Positions 11,379-23,376 of a DNA stretch of 64,000 nt are shown piece by piece. This stretch comes from Catajapyx aquilonaris (Eukaryota). The translations under genes and the position numbers were made by a program. The stretch lies in the NCBI GenBank assembly GCA_000934665.2, contig KZ538459.1:1-64000 (forward strand). Reading direction: 5' to 3'. Positions within the stretch are counted from its first letter, which is position 1, and each line of letters opens with the position of its first letter. The notes under the pieces were generated by a model. That model made no database searches. It saw only the letters and a program-made list of their open reading frames with translations, and was not told the DNA's origin.

Positions 11379-14300
11379 TCAGCAGCGATATACACATGCC
11401 CCTGGTCCAGGTCGGGTTGGGAAGAGCAGATGCTCTGTCTTGCCCTCTCCTTCTCCCTCAGTTGGTGGCAGCTTGGAATAAAACTCTTCCCTGATTTCAT
11501 CCATGAATTCTTGTACTTTTTCTACATCCACCATAGCAACCATGCATCCACCCCATCTGAAATACAATGCAGCATGTATGCTTACATTTCTCACATATGC
11601 TTAAGGCCGGTATCCACGTACGAGATTCTCGCATACAAGGAGCCACGAGGAGCCAACTGCGCATGCCCAGATACGAGAAAGTTGAAAATTTTCAACTTTT
11701 TTCCCCTTTCCTCGTATCTGGGCATGCGCAGTTGGCTCCTCGCGGCTCCTCGTATGCGAGAATCTCGTACGTGGATACCGGCCTTAAGACTGCTAGAGAG
11801 AGCGTGACAACTATGATCCCCACTCCCTCTTGAAGCATTTTGTTCAGTAAGAAATCATTGGTACTCTATTATCTTATTTGTGCAAGTATAGCAAGGGATC
11901 TAAAAACTGGCAATGAATGTAGTGAGTGCCAATCCACAAAATCAAAGATTGTGTGGGAGTCCCTGGTAAAATTGCATAACATCACATCAGACAGGTCCAT
12001 TTCTGCCTGTAGGGAATATTGGTAAGTAAAGACTAGCCCCTATGACTACCCACTCCCACGAACTCTGACCTGACTCTATTATGTCCTCTCAAGTCCGAAA
12101 TGGATAGCTCTCATGTGGTGTTGTGCACGATTTTACCAGGGACTTACCTAGTTGTGGTATGGAATGTTATTGACCATAGTTTTCCATGACTTGTTCTTGT
12201 AACAGTTATTTGGGTCTTATTTGGGCAGGTTTTCTAATTGCAGTGCACTTACCCAGCTCCAGTGAGTCTTGCACCGTAAGCCTTCTTTTGTGCAATATCC
12301 ACAAGCCTATCAAGTTGAGGGTGGCTACACTCATATAGATCCCTCAGGCTGTTATGACTCTCGTTCATGAGTCTTCCTAAGCGCAGCAATTCACCAGAAC
12401 CTTCACAGCAAGTTTTGAACTCATCTACCCGCAGTGCCTCCTCGAACACATGCAATATACGTTGCTGCAGGTGGAATGTGTGCAGATGGCGTGTGTTTTC
12501 ACTCAGGCTCTCAACATCTAACTCCTCTTCTGTCACATCCAGAATCTTGCATATTTCCTCCTTGGAGTATGGATCAGAGTGAAGTCCATCTTTAGCAATT
12601 GCCACCATTTCAGGCAAAGTTCGGCCCAGGCTCTCGTGCAGTGTGGCTGGGATGCGGACCTACAATAATTGGTTAAAAAGATTGCAATAATTCAGGTTTG
12701 TATGAACTTAGCAAAGGAATTGTATTCTTTCTCATATGTTAATTTCCACATCTCAGGTAATGAAGAGAATCTCAAAAAAAGCCTGGTTCGATTGAGAAAT
12801 GGAGCTTCAGTAAGATGGAGAATCCTTCCTTCAACTCCTTTAGGGCTACTTGCACCAGCACAAGATTCAGGTTCAGGTAGGGGTTTTACCTTGTCTGTTA
12901 GGTTCATTGTTGTCTATTACAGCTGAATCTGGTTATAACAGACTGATTTTCATGGTCCCTTGAAGTCTGTTATATCCAGATTCTACTGTATTAACACGGA
13001 CAAAGTCATACCTGAATCTGAATATTCCGTTAGGTATAACCAGCCCTTTACTTTATGGGTGTTTTGAGTTGTGCAAGTTCCACTGCATTACAAGGTAGTA
13101 CAACCAAATGGTAGTTAACCTGTCGCCAGTTGAGTCCATGCTTGAGTGCCAGTAACTGTGTGGCCAGACGACACTCGCTAACCCTGGTGTTATAGTGATG
13201 GGTGGCAGCTTTGTTTGCTCTCACCAGACTGTGACCCACTACTAAGGCAGCACCACTGGGGAGTTGCACTGGCTGGGCCTTCAGGGGGCCAAAGTTGATT
13301 AACTGGGCCTGCCCATCCTCAGCAAGAAAGGCTACTGCTTGGTCCATCCCACCACCCTCTGTGCCAATATGACGCTCTGCTCTGGCACACAATGATGCCA
13401 GCTCAAGCTTGCTGAAACATAAACCAATGGTTTAGTCATAACCCCTTCACTACCAGACCAGGCAGGCCTGAACCACACAAATGTTGGCTTACACGTACTC
13501 CGAAGATACGGACAAGATATTTTACAAATTATAACAGCTATGCTTACCCATTCAGAGAAAACACTATGAATGTGTTTGGAACAATTTTACTCCTCTCGAA
13601 GTCCCTAAATTAATTTCCAAGAAAATGCTATAAAAAGTCGAAATATGAGTACTGCAGACCAACTGTTAGGCTGATTTAATTATGAAATGCGTGGATATAT
13701 GCGGCATAACAACCTTGAGAACCATGCCAGATGAATTTTCTGAAATCGTCATACTTTGCGAGAATAAATTAATGCATATTTTCAGGTTTCTGGCACTTCG
13801 GAAAACTCCCAAATTTATTTTCTTCTTGCGAAGTACAACGATTTCAGCAAATTCATCTCATACTCATTTGGGAGTTTTCCTAAGTGCCAGAAAGCTGCAA
13901 ATAAGCATTAATTCATTTCATTTTCATTTCATTTATTCCTTAGGTTTTCACCCCTCAGGAAGACTTCCCTTTACAGTTATATAAATATCATACAGCATCA
14001 TAATCATCAAAAATAATAACTTGTACATCAGTATTCTAATAATAGGTAACACAACTTTTCATACACCTGTTCAATCCAGTATTATATCCACAAAACGGAG
14101 GTATTTTGTCGCCTCCCTAAAATAGTCAAACAATCGTGTCATTAATTGATCGTGGGGGGTAACAAATAATAAATGGGGAGAACCCTTTGGTGGCGGTGCG
14201 ACTTCATGAAGGCAGATTGTTCTTGTTGAATTAAAAAATGGGCACTCAAAAAGAAAGTGATACAATGAGAAAGGTTCATTCATATTACACAGTGTACAGG

Positions 14301-16079
14301 AGTCATTTGACCAAATAAACTTGTAGCCTTCAAACCACATGCACCTTGATATAAGCATTAATTTATTTCTCGCAAAGAAAGTACGACGATTTCAGCAAAT
14401 TCGTCTGGCATTGTTCCCAAGGTTGTTACTCCGCATATTTTCATGCATTTCATAATTAAATCAGACTAACAGTTGGTCAGCAGTACTCGAATTCCGCGTT
14501 TTATAGCCTTTTTTTGGAAATTAATTTAGGGACTTCTAGATGAGTAAAATTGTTCCAGACACATTCATAGTGTTTTCCCTGACCAGGTAAGTATAGCTGT
14601 TATTATTTGTAAAATATCTTGTCCTTATCTTCGGAGTGTGGTTCGGGCCTATCTGGTAGTGAAGGGGTTAATAAGATGCCATAGATATTAAAGCTACCTT
14701 TAATATCTATGAGCAATACATACTTCACAATGTTTATCTCAGTATATCTCTCTCACATTTGTCAGAAAAGTAGGGTAATTGTTACCTTTCTGAATCCAGC
14801 AAGATGCCTTCTTAGATGGTGTATATAACTACCAGAGTTCCTCCTAGATCAGTGCTTTCCAAACTGTGGGTCTCTCTTGAAAATTATGCCCATAAGGTAA
14901 GGTAACGAGAGAGGAGAGGTACAGTACGGTAGTGTATGCAAAATGGCTGGGGGATGTCACGGGGGCTGAATTAGAAATGAGGGGTAGCGAATTTTACTAT
15001 ACAATTTTTGGGGTCGCTAACGAAAAAGATTGGGAAGCACTGTCCTAGAACATCTAGAATTACTTTAGTTTTACACACGTATTCGGATTATCAGATTCCA
15101 GGTGTACAATACACCATGCATTTTATTAAATTGTCATCCTATTTCTGAGAATGCATTGCAATGCTATTTTTCAAAACTTTTTTCAACTTCAAAAATGACT
15201 GGCATACCTGGCAATCACTCCATGTGCATAGGAAAGTGCCAGTGCTCCAGCACAAACCACAGCACTTGAGCTGGACAAGCCAGCAGATGGTGGAACATTT
15301 CCATCCACAGCCATGCAAATGGAAGTAGTTCTGCAGTCTTTTCCCTGCAACATTTCTTCCTCTGTTCCTTTGAGGCCGCACAGGATGTAGTTGTACCAAT
15401 GTGGCTCATTCTTATCAATGCTGAATTATAAAACAGATAAATACATCAATAACTTCATACCAGCACATCATTACTAAAGGAGTCCTGGAACAATGCACAT
15501 ACACTCCACCTTGCTTCAGAAAATAAGAAGGAAAATATGGAATGAAATCTAACCTGAATCCAGATGCTGGTCCAGTGTACTCATGGTAGTTTGAATCAAC
15601 ATTTGTGATCTGTAACTGGGGTCTGCTATCATTGGGGCGGATAGAGGTGGCCAGCAGCACATCCTGCTGTATGGCCACGGGGAAAACTGGATATCCACAG
15701 TAGTCCACATGCTCGCCAATCAGATTGACTCTCCCAGGCACCCTAGCAACAAACGATGGACCCTGGCCAAAGTGACTCTCAAAATGGGAGCAGAGTTGCT
15801 CAAGTCGAACACTCTCGTCGCCAGTAGCAGATGAAACTGGAAGCACTAGAGGCGCATCCTGGCTGACGTGCTCTCCAGTCTTGTCTTCATTGCCATCATT
15901 CACTGCAAAATTTCAGGTTGACTATGAAAAGTCATCAGCATATTTATGGTAGTGACAACTCTATGGAACTAAATACATTTCACTACCACTTGTTTTTTTT
16001 TTTGCATGTGTATTACAGTAGATATGTGAAGTATAGCCGTGCATGTGTGAACTGACACCAGATTACCTTTGGGTGCCAT
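11379..16079 (-). CDS. GALK2: N-acetylgalactosamine kinase (GHMP family), 483 aa
   Basis: Exons 16079-16067, 15902-15554, 15420-15208, 13411-13120, 12659-12253 and 11556-11379 total 1452 nt in frame. Motifs [55 protein letters not shown] and [18 protein letters not shown] and CGY point to GALK2 rather than GALK1. Confidence 0.95.
11605..11783. mobile_element. Near-perfect palindromic MITE, GGCC termini, TTAA-flanked
   Basis: TTAA|GGCCGGTATCCACGTACGAGATTCTCGCATAC...GTATGCGAGAATCTCGTACGTGGATACCGGCC|TTAA. Confidence 0.9.
12920..12988. mobile_element. Tiny Tigger-like MITE
   Basis: TA|CAGCTGAATCTGGTTATAACAGAC...GTCTGTTATATCCAGATTCTACTG|TA. Confidence 0.65.
13442..14667. mobile_element. piggyBac-like foldback element with ~300-bp arms
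   Basis: ATAA|CCCCTTCACTACCAGA...TCTGGTAGTGAAGGGG|TTAA; ~13442-13780 is inverted relative to ~14360-14667. Confidence 0.85.
13914..14350 (-). mobile_element. 5'-truncated non-LTR retrotransposon 3' end, nested in the foldback
   Basis: ORF 14071-14358 has [20 protein letters not shown], a CCHC motif typical of LINE ORF2 C-termini; (AAATG)n-like tail; TSD ATAAGCATTAATT at 13901 and 14351. Confidence 0.8.
14850..15042. mobile_element. hAT/Charlie-type MITE
   Basis: CAGTGCTTTCCAA...TTGGGAAGCACTG; TSD TCCTAGAT/TCCTAGAA. Confidence 0.8.
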
Positions 16080-16099
16080 CGTAGGCCCCCCTACCACCA

Positions 16100-16500
16100 A
16101 GGACTCTGGCATCGTCGTACACACCGCAGTGGACGTGACGTGTACGGTCGTTTAGATTACGGTACTTGACATGTGACGTCACACGTCGATTGACAGGTAC
16201 CCCATTTGCCCTCTGTAGTTGTCTTCAACTACGATGTAACATCTCAGAATAACAGATAGTGTACACGTCTCCACCGACGATATTTGGGTACAATACTAGA
16301 GCTGTCAGTAGTCGGCTGGTAGCCAACGCGGCAAAGTTACACAAGCGATGCCCATCCCACTACTCTACTGCACGTGTAAGTTTCAATTGTAGCCAACAGA
16401 TGGCACGACTGATGCCAATTTACAGAGAGCGCGGTATTGTATTGAAAGGGTTGCTAGCGTGGTTGCTAGTATTGAATTTTGAGTCGGTTCTAACTCAGTA
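16100..16500. promoter_or_regulatory. GALK2 promoter, possibly bidirectional
   Basis: CpG-rich; CRE TGACGTCA at ~16174; CTCF-like CCAACAGATGGCAC at 16393-16406; plus-strand splice-like signals downstream (TTTTCAG| at 16781, ATAG|GT at ~17364). Confidence 0.5.
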
Positions 16501-17732
16501 GTTATATGTAATAGAATGTAAGGTGTGAAAAATCCGAGTGTTATTGCTGTTGCAGATGTGTTTATAGCAGTTTGACCTTGTCAACGTCAATGAAATTCTT
16601 GAAGCGAGTTATTATTCTGCTGTCATGCCGAGCAGAATTTTCATATTCAGTATGTCTTGCCTCACCGTCACATTAGGTATACTCTTGGTATAACCCTATT
16701 GTGGCATATACATGGCGAGGTCTTTCATAATGTCATATTATCAGACGCGATGTCGTGTTTGTGCAAAATGTCTGTTTTCAGGAGTCGCGTCATTGCTGCA
16801 TTTTTTTTAAAGCACATCTTTTAGACATGTCAGGTTTTATTAAGGTAGCCGACGCCCCTTCTTTCGCTTTCGCTTTGCCGCATCCAGACACGCTTTTCAC
16901 AATCACTTTGAAGCGCGCAGTTTTTGGCAGAAATACTTGGCTCCAAAATGCACGGAACGTTGCTGTAAGAAATACCAATCCAAAGCGACGATGGCCTCGT
17001 TCTGTAGGTTATGACCTCTTCTGCGGGAGCCACCGGTTTCGGTGCTTTTGCTCGAGAACTATTTGAAAACTCTACAAGTGGGAGTTTAGCGACGGTGGGA
17101 TTGGGGAGAGTCAGGGGTGGTAGGGGGAGGTAGGTCTTTGCAGACTCGGCTGGAATGTGCCTGTGGTGCACTTTGATTATACCGAGTGGATTTGGTCGTT
17201 TTAGAATCACATCAGTCGGTGGATTTCTCACGGTCGTTCGTTACACCTGATCGCGACACTGCTTCTAGTTAGCTGAAACTCCAGGGAGGCGAAGGGGATA
17301 AAAGGATTTTATAGTTCAAGGTCTTTGGAAAGGGCAGACTACTTGACAGTGATTTTTGCATAGGTACTGTAGCATTCTACTAGTATAGGCCTATAGTGTG
17401 TATTGTGAATGTTTAGTACTGGTTTTGTGGTTACAAATCATGCGAAAATCAGCTGAGGCATACTGTGGAATCAAATTGATATGTAAAGTTGGTTATATGG
17501 ATGGGTGGTGCACTTGGGAAGGATCAAATTATAGAGCGAAAAGGGAAGAAGTGACTGTAAGGTGCTCAAGTATGAGGGAAAACTGAAGAGAGTACAAAAC
17601 ATGCGCACATACCGTCCATAATGCCTGTTTATTGACGCAGGGGCCAGCAGAGTCCAGGGCGTCGGATTTCTGAAAGGCGTACAAGTTCCTATAGTTACTG
17701 CACGCTACAACAGTATCAAAATATCTGCAGAA

Positions 17733-18624
17733 AATATTACACACTAATAATGAGAGTGTGCTTAGTGTACTGAGAGAGCAACAACAAGGGTGACCCGGCC
17801 AATAATAATATACCGGTACTGATATTTAATGCTAACATAAATTAGTTACGCAAAATATTTTACGCATTACCAAAAGCTTTGTATGGTTTGAATCTGAAAG
17901 TCCAAAGCTACCATAATTGTGACACAAACAATGTTATTATTCGTCCCATTTCACACTATTGCCGAAGACGAATAGGAGTTCTCGAGTCTACAAGTAGGTG
18001 CCTCTCCTACCTAGTCAACTTATGGTATCGGTAAAGATATAGTGAAGATAAATACCGAAAATTTTTATATTATCAATCTAATTAAGCAAACTGGGACATG
18101 TTCGCATGTTCGCATGTGCTCGCATCGGCATGATCGGTCCATGATGAACATCCCGTGCCCGCACAAGCGCCGATTCCAGTCGCCTTTAAATCTGCGTGTC
18201 GCTTAGTAATTGCAAGCACTGGAGTTAAAATTTGGAGTGATTAATGCAGGATGATTCACATTCATAGTACCAGTTAACCCTTAACTGGTGACCTGGGGTC
18301 TTTTAAGACCCCAGGTGCAATTTTTTTGTTATGAAAATATTGCATGGTTTATGATTTTTTAAATTCCGTTCTACGGCAGCTAGAGAGTTGAAAATTAAAC
18401 CAAATTGTAGAAAACAGTTGCAGGTGTTGTGTAAATGAATTAAAAGGCAAATATAATTAAAGGCAATTTACATTTAAAATTAGTGTTAGGATTTTCCAGG
18501 TCACTAGTTAAGTGTTAATAGGTTCAATGGAAGAATCTATTCAGGCCATGAACGGGTAAGTTCAGGAGTTCAACAAAATAATGCATAACACCCCACATTT
18601 TTAAATATTTGCATACAAGATTCC
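17733..18624 (+). repeat. Left arm of a long inverted repeat (partner ~20860-21790)
   Basis: About 650 bp of alignable sequence, e.g. GAGAGAGCAACAACAAGGGTGACCCGGCC and TAGGTTCAATGGAAGAATCTATTCAGGCCATGAACGGGTAAG, is reverse-complemented in the partner. Confidence 0.85.
18278..18514. mobile_element. piggyBac-like MITE inserted at TTAA
   Basis: TTAA|CCCTTAACTGGTGACCTGG...CCAGGTCACTAGTTAAGTG|TTAA; the partner arm (~20962) shows the empty single TTAA site. Confidence 0.9.
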
Positions 18625-18936
18625 TCTAACTATACTAGTGTAAATGTGTAATGCGTGATTTTCGGGAGACTGGGACCAACGGGTTACAACAACTGAGGTC
18701 GAGGTAAAGAAATTGTAGCAAGAAAAAACACGTCACTATATTTCGCTTCTTATCTCGGTAGCTATTAGTTCGATCGCAATGTGTCATTCAACTCCAAATG
18801 GTTGAGGGTCATAAAACATGCAATAAAACATGTATTTGACATAATTAGGCAAAATATTTTAGACATTGTCACAGCATAGCAGCTACGAGTTAGATATGCA
18901 GTAGAGCTACAATATAGGCACCAGTAGGTCTATATA

Positions 18937-19465
18937 CGAGGGGCGTTAGGAAAGTAATTACACTTTATTTATTTAATGCTACAAATACAGGGCCCATGCA
19001 GGTTGGTAGATAAGCACACATTAGCGATAGAACCCTCCTGGAGCCGAATGCACTGGAGCCATGGATTTCCAGGAACCACTTTTTGGTGGTGCGGCGGACT
19101 CACTCCTGGACAACTGCTCATAGTCAACAACTGTCAACAATGTCCTCGAAATGGCATTGGCGAAGGGATTTTTTTTTTCATGGATCTGGGTTTGGGTGCT
19201 TCCACACCCGCCATCGCCATACTGCCCCGATTTCGCACCCAGTGAGTTTCACCTGTTCTAATCCATGAAAAAACCCTCCGCCGACGCCATTTCGAGAACG
19301 TTGTTGTTTGTTGAACAAGAAGCAGTTGTCCGGGAGTGGGTGCGACGCCCCGCCAAAATGTGGTTCCAGGAGGGCCAGGAGAGGTTGACATACCCTTGGT
19401 GCCAGTGCATTCGGCTCCAAGAAGGTTCTATTGATAANGGGGGGAAGACATTCCTAACGCCCTCG
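18937..19465. mobile_element. Mariner-derived foldback MITE
   Basis: TA|CGAGGG(G)CGTTAGGAA...TTCCTAACGCCCTCG|TA; central VLPHPPSPYCPDFAPSEFHLF remnant; transposase 3' segment present in both orientations. Confidence 0.85.
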
Positions 19466-19864
19466 TACATTATCCTGAAAGTTTTGGCAGGGAACGATTT
19501 TTTATTGCGAAAAGAACGTCAAGGAAGACATATATTCATATTTTTCATAATTTGACCTAATATCCAGCTAATATGACAGCAGCTATGAGTTTGATATTTA
19601 GTAGCCTACTGTATAACAACTAGGGCACCACCATTGTTGAAAGTTTCGGCATTCTAAAATGCTTTGTTTCTTTTTTTAACAACATCCCGAACTTAAGATT
19701 GGCATGTGCGTATTTCGTATTTCCCAAGGCCGGACCAAATATACAGGGTGTTCCCACTTCCAAGTATCATGGTCGTTTTAAGTTATCGCTAATATTGCCC
19801 GCCGAAGTAGTTATCGTTTTATGTTACTTGTTGCACACGGCACTATAGTGTGCAGGGTTGATCA

Positions 19865-20139
19865 CAGCGACGGATCCAGAAATTTGTTCAGGGAGGGGCA
19901 CAAGGGAACTTCTCTGGGGGGGGGAGGGGGGCGCAGGGCCCGCCGCAGGCGAAAAAACTTTCCGGTTCAAGGTCACAACCCTTCCTCGCGACCCCAAATT
20001 TGGGGTCGCAACCGCAAAATGGAAAAGAACCCATAGAACAGTGCAATTTGCACTGTTCTAGAGGGTTTTTCCGAGTTTCCCCCCCGTTTTTTTCCGTTTT
20101 TTCCCCCTCTGTGGAGCCCCCCCCCTAAATCCGCCACTG
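19865..20139. mobile_element. hAT-like non-autonomous element
   Basis: CAGCGACGGAT...ATCCGCCACTG; exact 8-bp TSD GTTGATCA. Confidence 0.85.
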
Positions 20140-20859
20140 GTTGATCAGTATATAGGCCTAAGTTAGGCGCCTAACATTATGGGCATGTACATCTATTCTA
20201 TGACCAAATACTCTACGCAAGTATAATAGGTGGTCTGACCAAACTCTCATAACAACAACAACAACAACACCATCACGACATTTCCCTATAAAGGGCAGCG
20301 ATGACGGGAACCACAAGCTAACCCAAAATATGAACTAAATTAAAAATGGTAAAAATCACCCTATAAACCACCCATATAACCCCCCCCCCCNNNNNNNNNN
20401 NNNNNNNNNNNNNNNNNNNNNNNNNNNNNNNNNNNNNNNNNNNNNNNNNNNNNNNNNNNNNNNNNNNNNNNNNNNNNNNNNNNNNNNNNNNNNCCCCCCC
20501 CCCCCCCCCCCTGGAAGAGGAATCAGTAACTGTTAAATTCCTCCAAGTGACTATAATATTCTCCTCCAAACGACCAGAATACCCACAGGCCAGCGAGAGG
20601 AACCAGCATACGGAAATCCACACCCGAACTCCAAGCGATGTACGGTACAGGACAGAGAGAGAGAGAGGCAGATACCCTTGCAAGCATGACTACCGGACCA
20701 TCAGGAGGATATTCGATAGAATTTGCCTGGGGGTGTCGCTAAACGAAATACTGAAATACAGAACGATATATGTCACAATTTATCGAAATTGAGTTAGACA
20801 TTGCGTAATGTTTAGTCCTTATAGGGGTGCTGGTCTAGTGGTCCACTTGACTTCTGGCA

Positions 20860-21790
20860 AGAATCTTGTACACAAATATAAAACTGTTGGGTGTTACGCA
20901 TTTGTTGAACTCTCCTGGACTTACCCGTTCATGGCCTGAATAGATTCTTCCATTGAACCTATTAACTGGTGCTCCGCTGAGTGTGAATCATCCTGCATTA
21001 ATCACTCCAAATCTTAACTCCAGTGCTTGCAATTAAGCGACACGCAGATTTAAAGGCGACTGAAATGATATGGTGCTTGTGCGGGCACGGGATGCTCATC
21101 ATGGACCATGTGCCGATGCGAGCACATGCGAGCATGCGAACATGTCCCACTTTGCGTAATTGATTGATTGATAATGTTACTCGTAATATTTTATATAAGT
21201 TGACTCGGTAGGAGAGGCACGCACCTACTTGTAGACTCGAGAACTCCATTGACGAATAATAACCGGCATTGTTTGTGTCACGATTCTTGTAGTTTTGGAC
21301 TTTTGGACTAAATATTTCCGATTCCAACCATACGAAGCTGAGTAAAACGGTGTCGCTTCTGGTAATGCGTAAAATATTTTGCGTAACTTATTTATGTTAG
21401 CATTAAAAATCAGTAGACCTATATTATTATTGGCCGGAGGCCGGGTCACCCTTGTTGTTGCTCTCTCAGTATAGTCAAGAACCGAAGCAGGTTGGCATAG
21501 TGGATAAGGCGTCCGACTGCTAATCGGGAGGTCCTGGGTTCGAATCCCGGTGCCGACAACCTTGACCGTGGTTTTCTGTGGTTTTCCACTGTCTTTCTAG
21601 GATAATTCCGGGGTCGCTTCCGTATAATAGGCCACAGCCGCTTCCTTCCTTCCTTGGAGGTTGAAAGGCAATGCTGGGCCAACCTCCTTAAATATCAATT
21701 ATAAAGTATAGTCAAGAGTTAATAACTTGGTACAGTATAGTGTACACATTGCTATAAGTACACTCTCATTACTCTCATTAGTGTAATACT
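20860..21790 (-). repeat. Right arm of the long inverted repeat
   Basis: Reverse complement of 17733-18624 without the TTAA MITE, plus a SINE insertion. Confidence 0.85.
21481..21704 (+). mobile_element. tRNA(Ser-like)-derived SINE
   Basis: TGGCATAGTGG, CTGCTAA and GGTTCGAATCC head; CCGTGGTTTTC...GGCCACAGCCGCTTCCTTCC body; 13-bp TSD AGTATAGTCAAGA. Confidence 0.9.
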
Positions 21791-23318
21791 AGTGGCGGAC
21801 TCGTTGCCAGATTTTGGCAACACTGCTTGACCCACCCCCTCACTTGGAAGTAGTACATAGTACATACCAGTTGGCAGTTGACGCATAGGGTCTCCCTCTG
21901 CACACTAATGCCGAGTGCTTACGGAGAAAGTATAATACTGCATGCACGTTGGTGATGAGTAACCGCGCGGACAAATCCCACCAGGGTGCTTTAACCAGCA
22001 CGTGTCTCGCCTCCATTGAAGTGGGTCCCACCCTCTCTGACCGTTATAATTATGTCCTCTAATATCATTGTTGAACAGGGAAAGTGGAAACTATGGTAGG
22101 CTACACTACAGTACTACGTACTACCTAGGCGATGAGTCAACACGGACAAACTTGTGGACAGAGAGAATAAGAGGAATATATAGGAATGCCTTCTCTTGGT
22201 ATGGTATTTTTCAACTTTTCCGTAACAGACGTGTCAGGGCAGACTTATTGCGCTCCATTCTGTGATCATGATCATTCTGTATTTCAAGTTTTCACACTTA
22301 ATTACCACTCTATGCCATAATGACTACCTACCAGCATCCAAAAATTATGCCGTGGAAGAATTTTTGGTAGAATTGACCGAAAATCTGATCATTATTAGTG
22401 AGATACTGCCTACCATGTTTCATTTGAGGAGTCCGTTTGAGTTAACGATTTTTCGCACTAAACTGCTTATAGTTGAGCAATAATTATTATTTTTCAACTG
22501 TTGCCCTTTGCAGTTACTTTTCAGATAATAACTTATTAGGTTGAGTAGTGCGAGTGGCGCATTTAGCATATTGTCACTTGAATTCATTTTTGTCGGCTTC
22601 CCCCCGTGTTTTAAATGTCTATTTCAAGCACTTCATGTTGGAAGATATTTGATAATCTTTCAAATTAACTTTTGGAAAGGAACTGCTTAAAATAAGAAGA
22701 TTAGGGCGAAAAAATCGCTAACCGAAACGAACATCTTAGCCTACTTGGAACATGTTGCAGGTATAGAGGAGTATGAAACAGTACGTTTCCAATTGCAAGG
22801 CTGGTTTATACGGTACTTCGTAGTAAGGGCCACTCCACCGGCTGTGGAATTTGCAATACTGAATTTTATAGTGGGGTCCCCTACTACGTACGGTATACTT
22901 AAATCAATTGCCTGCGCCTAGGCATATTTCGAATACTCCGAAAGTAGAAAAAAAACTGAATTTCATGAGTTATATACGTATACTAGACGAGTATACGTAC
23001 TTTCGCTTCACTGTAGGCGGTGTGGTTCATGTCGATCTATATGTTACTTTAGCCGGTATAGCAAGCTCAGGTTACTGCCATTTCGTTGCTAAAAAAAGAA
23101 CTCAGAAAAATCAAGACACTGACTGTTATCCTCATTATAAGAAGTCGTTTATTCGAGCGCAAAAATATCTTCTGTTTCGATTTCTACAGCCTATTATGGT
23201 GCTAAAATTGTATTCGGCATGTAATGTAGACCTTCCTCCCATGACGTGGTCAGGTTTGATAATCGCGATTGGCTCCACAACGCCTTACTCTATAGACGCC
23301 AACCAAATACTATACTTC

Positions 23319-23375
<57 letters not shown>
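23319..23375 (+). repeat. (AAT)n microsatellite
   Basis: About 19 perfect AAT units. Confidence 0.95.

Positions 23376-23376
<1 letters not shown>

Noticed and set aside
11361..11833. Overlapping ORFs on both strands
   Set aside because: Caused by the palindromic MITE and the antisense of GALK2 exon 6.
16830..17231. 133-aa minus-strand ORF
   Set aside because: Non-ATG start, no recognisable domain; lies in a promoter/UTR-like region.
20391..20493. N-runs flanked by poly-C/G (also 32662-32687, ~28894, ~47462)
   Set aside because: Assembly gaps at homopolymers, not biology.
21487..21560. tRNA-Ser(GCT) gene
   Set aside because: No proper acceptor stem, long variable arm or T-run terminator; it continues into a SINE body with a TSD and has a second copy at 28777.
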